64,000 nucleotides of DNA from Eledone cirrhosa (lineage: Eukaryota). The position numbers and the translations under genes are program-made. The notes under the pieces were generated by a model. It had not been told where the DNA came from. It was given only the letters and a program-made list of their open reading frames with translations, and did no database searches. The stretch is taken from contig OZ024740.1 of assembly GCA_964016885.1 (NCBI GenBank), forward strand, positions 370,016,001-370,080,000. Reading direction: 5' to 3'. This document shows positions 54,644-64,000 of the stretch, in pieces (the stretch's first letter is position 1; each line of letters starts with the position of its first letter).

Positions 54644-56757
54644 ATGCAGAAATAACATCTGAATATTTCTACAAGGAACATACCCTTACCAAGCAGGAAA
54701 TCTTACCTAAAACACCTGATACAGAAAACAGACGCGTTCATTAAAAGGTTGCGTTGGCGTACCTTTTATTTCGATAATCAGGGAAAAGCAGACAACAAAC
54801 AGGACAAATCAGGGTTTAAAACCTATAATAACCCTCCGAGTAACCCAGCATTGCTACCTTTCGAAAATGATGTCTTGGAACTCATACGGAGTATCAAATT
54901 TCGGAATAGGAGCAATTCCTTCCAGCAGGACCTGAAGAATAGAATTCTTTCTATTAAGGATTCTAACGCCGTGCACTTCCATTCCGACAAAACTGGCAAT
55001 CCATATCAAGTGGACCGCAGTACCTACCATCAACTGCTACATAATGCTGTAACTAAGGATTACCGTAAACCTAATAGGAGCGTCAGTAATGAAATCAACG
55101 ATGCTGGGTTTAAAATCACCTCTGATCTCAACATCCTGGACCGGACAGAAACTCTGGATCCTATTTCTCCCCACATTACCCTGAAGGATCACAAATCCAA
55201 TTTTACGAACAACCCCTCTATTCGGCTTATTAACCCTACGAAGTCCGACTTAGGTAGACTTAGTAAAAGGATTCTTGATAGAATTATATCTGAAATTAGA
55301 AGTTTGGCACCTCTTGCACCGTGGAACAATTCTTTCGCAGTGATTGATTGGTTAAACGGCATACGCAACAAGGAACATTTCCGTTTTATCCAATTCGACA
55401 TCAATAATTACTACTCCTCCATCACTTTACCACTTCTCCTTAGAGCTATCAATTTCGCTAAAACACTCACAGTGGTTAAGGATTTCGAAGTTGATGTCAT
55501 CCTCAATTCCCGTAAGTCGGTGATTAATTTCGACGACTCTATTTGTATAAGAAAATCTAATAGTACCCCATTTGACGTGAGTATGGGCGCCAGCGATTCT
55601 GCGGAGGTTACTGATCTTATCAGCCTTTTCAAGGAAGAATTCCCCAACGTGGGCGGTGGTTTGTACCGTGATGATGGTCTTTTTACCATGACTAAGTGCG
55701 GCCCACGTGCTTGCAACAGGTTCAGAAAAGAACTCACAGCCTTCTTTAAAGGCTTCAACCTCTCCATACAGGTTGAGGCCAACCTCTCGGTCGTTAATTA
55801 CCTCGACGTTACCCTCAATTTATCGAATGGCTTGCATTACCCGTATAGAAAGCCGAATGATACGCTTAATTACATAAGTAAGCAGTCTAACCATGCTGCC
55901 AGCATAACCAAGAACCTGGTAAGAAACGTTTCTTTGAGGCTTTCCCGTCTATCTACTAACGAGCATATTTTCAACGACCATTCCACATATTACAATGAAT
56001 CTCTTGCTCGGAGTGGATTTGTCGATAAGGTAACATATACAGAGTACCAGAATAGACCTAGAAGAAATAGATCCCGACACATTATATGGTATAACCCACC
56101 ATATAATATGGAGGTGGCCATACCATTAGCTAAGATCTTTCTCTCCCTTATTGTGAATCATTTTTCCCCTACACATAAATATAGAAAGATTTTAATAGAA
56201 ATACTATTAACATTTCTTACTCTACGACTCCTAACATTGCACATGACATCACAGCTTCAACTTTATCTGAACTACCTAGCCGTAGGAACACGTGCAACCC
56301 TGTAGTTAGTACTAACTGTAATTGTAGGAATGTGGTTGACTTCCCCCTATCCGGGAAATGCCTCTCTAGTAACATTGTTTACAAATATAAGGTTGTAACA
56401 CCCACGTCCCGTAGGGCCTACATAGGGTAAACCGCCAATAGATTCAAGCAGCGTCTTTACATGTATACCCATTCTTTCCGTGACCCTTTAAGAAGGAATA
56501 TGACGTCACTTTCAGCTTATATCTGGAGTCCAAAAGACAACCACACCCAATATAAGTTACACTGGCAGGTCCTAGCTAGGGCTAGATCGTATAACGGAAA
56601 TAAAAGATCATGTATTCTCTGCGCTGCTGAGGCCCTGGAAATACTCTACGCCAAAGACCACATCTTAGACAAAACATCTGAGGCAATTCCGGCTTGTAAA
56701 CATAAATTGGACAAAACTTTCCTGTATTACAGCCCCACATTATACCCTAACGGATAG
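54644..56757 (+). pseudogene. Naiad RT/GIY-YIG ORF with few disruptions
   Basis: ATG at 54644: MQK*HLNISTRNIPLPSRKSYLKHLIQKTDAFIKRLRWR, in frame with the 518-aa ORF (QFDINNYYSSI, FDVSMGASDSAE, LYRDDG). Frameshift near 56190, stop in the GIY-YIG domain. Confidence 0.9.
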
Positions 56758-57787
56758 TACGAACTATACGCGGATATTTTACGTCTTGATGTGGTAGCTA
56801 AGTATATGTTATGTTTATACCATTACTTATTTGTATAGGTAAGTATATATTACCTGTATGTTTTGTGAAGGCACGTATACTTTCTCGTACGTATCTTTGA
56901 TTGTATATGTTATGGCGTATATATTATATATTCTGGTACATATACTTTTGGTTATGTGTATACGTGAGTTTTGCGTCTGTGTGAGTATGCGGGTTCGTAC
57001 GTATGTAGGGTGCGTGTATATGTGTACTTTGTGTTTTCGTTGACGTTCGTCTCCGAACATATGTGTATTTACATGTATGTATGTGTGTGCGCATGTTATA
57101 TACGTATTTATTTATTTATATACGTTTATTTAATTATATGTATACACGCACACACACACACACATATATATATATATTTTTTTATATATATTCTTATTTG
57201 TATTTGGTGTATACATTAGTATGCGTGTGGGTACATACGTTGCGTGGGTTCTGTATGTGCGTGCCGGTCTTTGGGGTTTTTTTTGTGTACGTGCATGTAT
57301 TTGTATACCTACGGCGAGTATTTTCGCGTATGCTTGTCTAGGTACGTATATGGATGCATGTATGTATTTATTTAATATCAATTACCTCTGTATTTTATTT
57401 ACTTTATTCTTAACTCTGAAGCCGAGAATCATTCGGTTTCCTAGTTAGAATTTTAGTCTACGACTATACCATTTACGTGGTTTTGTCTTTGCGTGCAATT
57501 GTCCTACCATATGACGTATTATCTTCTTTTTTTTCGTTCATTGCCAGAGAACGTCTCTATGAACCACCTGATAGAATATTAGTCTACGACTTCTTTTATA
57601 CCATTAGCATGGTTCTGTCTTTACGTGTAATTGTTTTTCACCACTCCAAATAATGATGTATTATATTCATTTTTTTCCCGTTCTTTGCCAGGGAACGTTT
57701 CCACGAACCAAAGTATCGTCTTCCTGTCTTCCTCCGGTTGCAACGTTTATGAAATATTCAATTCTGCGTTCACAGATTGACTTTGTT

Positions 57788-57838
57788 AGTTTCAGAAGAT
57801 CCCGTTAAGGGTGAAAGCAGCGATTCTTTGCTTAAACT
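57788..57838 (+). ncRNA. Hammerhead-fold motif with CAGAAGA core (also 48762-48812 and 54440-54490)
   Basis: AGUUU-CAGAAGA-U-CCC-GUUAA-GGG-U-GAAA-GCA..UGC-UU-AAACU. Confidence 0.68.
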
Positions 57839-57867
57839 TTAATCGGTTATTTTAATAAATTAATATA

Positions 57868-58188
<321 letters not shown>

Positions 58189-58547
58189 ATATATTTATAT
58201 ATGTATATATATATATATATGTATATATATATACACGAAGATATGTGATGTTGAAGTACATTTCTATAGGTGTGTGCCAATTCACTTTAGGCCCGAATAG
58301 ATAGCAGTAGGAAATTCTTATTGCAAGATGCAGCAACCTTACCTTGAACTATGAACATTATACTCTTTCTGATGAAGCGCAATAGTTTACGTAATGCTTG
58401 CGATTGAGCATAGGATTATGCATTTAACGCTCATAGACTGATATTGTACAGAAACATAGGTTAAGGAACGAACTCTAAATATTTTTGTTGTTTTTTAGCC
58501 TTTACGTCTTACCTATTCATTTGTTATTCTGGGTAATATACCTTTAC

Positions 58548-58594
<47 letters not shown>

Positions 58595-58718
58595 AGTAAA
58601 GGATATATTCATATATATATATATATATAACATATAAACCAAATTAGAATTTCATTTCTCACTTTCACACCGCGTTACATAAACGAATTTATGAGTTTTG
58701 TATCGAGTATTATTATTA

Positions 58719-59890
58719 TCTGTATATATATAAAATTAAGTATGTGTGTGTGTGTCTGTGGGTCTGTGTATTACCTATAGGGGCCTACATCTTACGACAA
58801 ATATTCATGAAAGTTTACAGTATCATAGATTAGTCATTGGTGAGTGTTTTCTATGTATCAACGTATCCGTTTTTTTTACGAGGTCATTCTGCAGATAAAG
58901 ATCGATAGTGGGGTATCGAAAAATAAGATTTTTGGCTCTAGCTCCCACATTTTAAATCAAAATAGAATTTATCATTGCACATCCAGTAATGGCTTTATAT
59001 TTTGCATGTGTTGTTCAGGGACGGCGTGTCAGCCGCTTAAATATTCAAAAATACCACTTTTAGACTCAAATTTCGGCTCTAACTCCCACATTAATCAATC
59101 TACTTTGTTCAAAATTCACACTATGCTAGATCTGATTATGTCACACCTTAAAGTGGCTTTACATTTTGGAATTTTTGTTCAGAAACGGCGTGGCAGCCGC
59201 TTAAATATTCGAAAATACCACCTTTTCGCTCAAATTTCCGCCTTTTCGGTTCTAGCTCCCACATTTTTCAACCGATTTCGTTCAAATTCGAAACTTCGGC
59301 TCCACCTCACATATAAATCAATTTATTTGGTTCAACTTTTATACTACGATAGAACCTATCATTAGCTCCCACATTTTTCAACCGATTTCGTTCAAATTCG
59401 AAACTTCGGCTCCACGGTAACACATAAATCAATTTTGGTTCAACTTTTATACTACGATAGAACCTATCATTAGCTCCCACATTTTTCAACCGATTTCGTT
59501 CAAATTCGAAACTTCGGCTCCACGGTAACACATAAATCAATTTATTTGGTTCAACTTTTATACTACGATAGAACCTATCATTGCACATCTTATAGATGGT
59601 CAGAGGCAAAACGATGGCCACTGGCGTCGTCTGAGCTTTTAGTTGTGTATTTGAGTATTCATTGGTTTCCAATCAAGTAGCGTGTGGAAATTTAGCTTAG
59701 TGTTAGAGGTCATTACCTCCCTTCCCCAGCATGCCCCTTCGTCAGTCACCCGCGTTTCTCACCACCCTCCCCCGAATGGCCTGTGTGTGGCCATAAATGA
59801 GTCATCGAGAAGCAGTCGCTAAAATCAACACCTTTTCATCAAAGCAGATATTAGTTTACCTACCCAGGCAACGGTGGGTGCTGCTGCTTG
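58719..59890 (+). mobile_element. Non-autonomous Helitron-like element with three ~109-bp internal tandem repeats (59253-59582)
   Basis: A|TC start followed by TATATAAAA and a (GT)/GTCT tract. 3' TACCCAGGCAACGGTGGGTG hairpin, then CTTG|T. Confidence 0.65.
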
Positions 59891-59935
59891 TCATTAATAA
59901 TATTGTTCGATATAAATCTCAGAAATTCCCCGCCC

Positions 59936-59982
<47 letters not shown>

Positions 59983-59985
<3 letters not shown>

Positions 59986-60672
59986 CTATGGACATTCTTT
60001 ATAGTATATCTGATTATTTAATTTATTAATTCATCATTGAGCCACATCGTGAATGGTTGCCAAAACATATATATCCGTGACTTTGTCTAGTTTGTGTATA
60101 TGTAAATCTTTATATTTGATAATCTCCCATAAGGTTGAGATGCAATTTGCGCATTATTGGGCTGTACATTCTAGCAATCAGCCCACTCGCCGTGAGGCAC
60201 CAATCACGTTCTTTCTGACTTGACTCCTGCCACGTCACAGTTCTTAGCCCTTTTGAATTCGTTTCTGGTGATGATCATTTAAGAAAACCTTTGTCCAAGT
60301 GAGTTTGTTTCCTGATGAGTTCGAAGCTCGAGAATTTATCCTTGATAGGATATTTCCGAAAGCTAACGAAACCCTAAGGGTAGAAACGCATTCGTGATAT
60401 GTGTATATGCATTTTTTCACTAACTTTAATTTTATACCTAATTGTGTATGGTTGACAGTATATTTAATTGATTTCTACGTGCTATTGAAATGTTGGGTAA
60501 ATATTCTATAGCGGTTCATCGCAAATAGATTGCTGTCGTTTATTTATCTACTATTTCTTCATAGGTGCTTTATAGCCTGGTTTAATTGTTATTTTGTGTG
60601 GTTGATTATGCTCATTGGGAGAGGAAATTTTGTATATTTATTATCAAATGATTCTATGGACATACTATATAG
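59983..60672 (+). mobile_element. Family Z complete 668-nt monomer with terminal redundancy; HHR at 60307-60387
   Basis: ATTCTATGGACAT..T.TATAGTATAT at 59983 and 60651. HHR reads GUUUC-CUGAUGA-GUU...AAC-GAAA-CCC-UAA-GGG-UA-GAAAC. Confidence 0.82.
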
Positions 60673-60691
60673 TATATATATATACATATAT

Positions 60692-60778
<87 letters not shown>

Positions 60779-60854
60779 TAACAGATTAAAGTTTAAGCAA
60801 AGAATTGTTGCTTTCACCCTTAACGGGACTTTAGTCTTCACATTTTTTATTATT

Positions 60855-60905
<51 letters not shown>

Positions 60906-60910
60906 ATATA

Positions 60911-63502
60911 TGTAGGAGGTGAGTGTTATTCTAGTACAATAAAGCAATGCAGAAATCGGATAAGAAGCACTCTACAGTTTGTAGGACTGGAGTATACATA
61001 ATATATAAGAACAAAAGATGTTTAAAAGAGTTCCATGTATTTTATTATGCGCATTTCAAAAACAAATATCATCATGCAATAATATTTGTGTTTTCATCAG
61101 ATAAAACAGGAATACATGATATGAAGTTTAAAAAACACTTGTGGATAGTGCAGTTTTAAATCAACATATGAGAGGTAGTTTTAGATTGATGTGTGATATT
61201 GGGGAAAATATTTTATTTTGAGGGTGGGGTGTGGAAAGGATGAAAAAGAGGAGGAGATGAGAGTAAAAATTGGAGAGGGAGGAGTATAATGAGGAAGGAT
61301 GAGATACGAGGAGAGATGGGTGATAGAGAGAGAGAGAGATAGCTTTTATAACTGAGAAAGATATATTGTTTTACATAGAGAGGTTGAAAACCGTTGGAAG
61401 ATAATGTATAAATTAAAAGAATTTGAAAATTAACGAAGAGAAAAATAATGTAAAGTTAAGGTTTGTATATTGAGGGGTTTAATAATATGTGCGATGAAAA
61501 GAAAATGTTAATATGTATTAAGAATAATATTTAAGGGTTTAATAACATGTGCGATGGAAAGAAAAAGTTAATATGTATTAAGAATGATATTTAAGGGTTT
61601 AATAATATGTGCGATGGAAAGAAAATGTTAATATGTATTAGGAATGATATTTAAGGGTTTAATAATATGTGCGATGGAAAGAAAATGTTGATATGTATTA
61701 TTAAAAAGAACAACAGGTAATTTAAGTAAGGATATATTGTGAGATGAGAATGAATGAGTTAGATGAAAGGGAGAAAAGAATAATGAATTGAGGATGAACA
61801 ATCTAACGTCAAAAAAATGTTTATGTTTACGAAGGATTTTTACAAGGTGATATAGAGTAAGAATGTATTGTATTATGTAATAATCGATTCTAAGTTAGGC
61901 AACAGTGAGAAAAGGTATAGATTAGGGGTTAGACATTAAAAGAAAAAGAGAAGAAAGGGAAGTGATAAATAGGAGCGATATAGAATGAGTAACAAGTATT
62001 ATAGAATGTATAATAACCTTTGAAATAAGGTAGAAAGATGGGTATATTTTTAAAGATGTGTATATATATATATGTGCCTTTGAGAAAAAGATTCTAAATT
62101 GATAAAGATTTGGATATTAGCTGTATACTTTGTGGAATGTTTTGTGGTATTTATGCAAGCAGATAGAAAACAAGTCAGCGCGTCTATTTATTATAGAATC
62201 TAAATTAGATATAATGGTAAATTTTTCATTTAGACAGAGATTACAAATTTTGGATAGAGAACTGTTCAAGTATGTAGACGCAGAAGAAACCTTCTTCCAA
62301 AAGATGCTATATTTAATATTTTTGTCTTTCAAGGACCATATGAGTTCTGAGAGAGCCGTGTTGGTTCTTTTAAGTTTGTATTTAAAAGACGAATGATGGT
62401 TATAAAGACGAGCTTTAAAAGAGGTGGAAGTGGAGCCAAAATAGGTGAAGGAATTGGTGTCAGTTATAACTTTACATTCGTAAATTAAGTTTTTATCAAG
62501 ACAATGGTTGTTGAGAGGACATTTATTTTTAACAGGGCAATTGCAATTGCGATTAGAGAGATTATTAACGAGTGACCTAGTGTTATCTATAGAAGGAATT
62601 GGATTGGAGAAGTTATTTGCGATAGGAATAATAGTTTCTTGATTTAGAATGGGATTAAGAACATTTAGCGAAGTTGTGTTTGACGTTGTATTTGGGTTTG
62701 CAAAAATTAGCCTAGGGTTTACAATCACGTCGGGAGTACTATTACTATTATTATGATATTCAGTGTTGGAAGGAAGAGATTTAGTATTTAGTATTTTATT
62801 GTTGTGTTTAGAGATCATGTTGGAAATGTTGGAGGATGTAGAATAGGAAAATTTTATAGTGTGTTTGTTAAATATTTTACTATAGATTTGTGAGGGAGGG
62901 AAGCATTTATTTAAGGCACTAAAGGATAATTTAGGAATATTGTTATTAATAGAGATGGAGAAAGGAGCATTATACCAGATTATGTTTTTGTATCTAGGTC
63001 TTTTATTAAAGTTATTGGAATGATCATGATTAATTATTCTACTGTAAGTTCTTTTAGAATTTGTTTCTTTACTATATTTGATTTTATCAGGATAGCCGGC
63101 TTTAGAAAGCGCGTTATTATAGTAATTGGTGTTAGAATCAAAGATGTTTTTATTAGAAGATAGGTTAGATATTCTTTTTCCAATATTACAAACTATAGCA
63201 TTCTTGATATTAGTAGGATGATTAGATTTAAAGTTAACATAACTTAGGTTCTCATTGTTTTTATCGTAAGGGTAATATAGGCCAGTGTCAAGATTAAGAG
63301 ATACATCCAAGAAATTAGCTAGTTTGATGCTGTTATAAAATTCAATTTTTAGGTTATGTTGGTTAAAGAGATTACGCATATTGTTCTTAATAATATTAAG
63401 GTTAACTATGTTGCAATTTAAGATAGTAAAGAGTCCATCGTCACGATAAATTCCACCGCGAAGTTGAGGAAAATTCCTCAACTTCGCGGTGGAATTTATC
63501 GT
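60911..63502 (-). mobile_element. Naiad-type PLE family 2, 5'-truncated, with 1.2-kb 3' UTR, intact HHR (61038-61107) and 60-bp tandem repeats (61474-61700)
   Basis: Open RT-thumb/GIY-YIG frame. 28-bp fold-back at the truncation point (63443-63502). Confidence 0.92.
62117..63470 (-). CDS. Partial Naiad RT (from YRDD) + GIY-YIG endonuclease
   Basis: GIYRDDGLF, NFLDVSLNL, SNHP, IIWYNAPFS, CNC..CPLNNHCL, YFGST..FKARLYNH, CNLCLNEK. The first ~125 aa of the ORF-track entry are microsatellite/other repeat. Confidence 0.88.
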
Positions 63503-63681
63503 GGAATTTATCGCGGGTTCCCGACATATGGGGTTTTTCCTGGTGCCTTCATAAACAAAGTAAACAAAGAGAGAAAAAGATAGAGAAAAAGAGATAGTGG
63601 TTGTGAGAGAGTAGATTGGAAGAGAGACAGAAAGAGGGAGAGGAGGCAGAGAATGATAATGGAAGAGAGCTGGTGGTGCTG

Positions 63682-63756
<75 letters not shown>

Positions 63757-64000
63757 TGTGTGTGAATATATATATATATATGTGTGCGTTTATGACCAGT
63801 GCATATAGATTACAGACATCCACATATATATATATATACACACACATACATATACATGTATATGTTTACACATACACACATATATATATATACATACACT
63901 CACGTATATATATAGGCATTCCAGTTTCATTTCACATTATATACATGTCTGTGTATATTTTTATTATTTAAAAATTATTTTTAAGTGAACACGATTTTTA

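Larger units (their letters stand above)
53971..57860 (+). mobile_element. Full-length Naiad-type PLE family 1: inverted cap + 5' pLTR + ORF + 3' pLTR
   Basis: Direct pLTRs about 54055-54510 and 57415-57860. Cap 53971-54055 is the reverse complement of 54515-54599. Confidence 0.92.

Noticed and set aside
58343-58368. Possible 26-nt minus-strand microexon (similar candidate near 11561-11586)
   Set aside because: Splice-like motifs alone are expected by chance in 64 kb.
59253-59582. Regular repeats (also 32051-32149 and 61474-61700) as a CRISPR-like array
   Set aside because: Plain tandem repeats without unique spacers, in eukaryotic TE context with no cas genes.

Overview
AT-rich eukaryotic (metazoan; probably cephalopod/octopus-like, inferred from the Nin-domain tRNA SINE and the extreme (TA)n/(CA)n density) non-genic window. 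No host gene can be supported. Most ORF-track entries are microsatellite artefacts. The window is a nest of mobile DNA, mostly inserted into (TA)n tracts. It holds six coding Penelope-like elements (PLEs: one near-intact Neptune-type, four Naiad-type from two families, one divergent clade), remnants of RTE-, R4- and CRE-type LINEs, a maT/Tc1-like remnant, Helitron-like elements and SINEs. The most striking signal, found by manual folding, is about 28 type-I hammerhead ribozyme (HHR) or HHR-like motifs from about 13 sequence families. At least three families are ORF-less, head-to-tail monomers (about 440, 470 and 668 nt), each carrying one hammerhead, i.e. candidate non-LTR retrozymes. One is a tandem dimer with two perfect ribozymes. 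One shows stem covariation across four copies. Two share an octamer + TATA-like upstream cassette. Most PLE/retrozyme inserts have two outward-facing 3' ends at fixed positions. All folds and alignments were done by eye, so boundaries are approximate.
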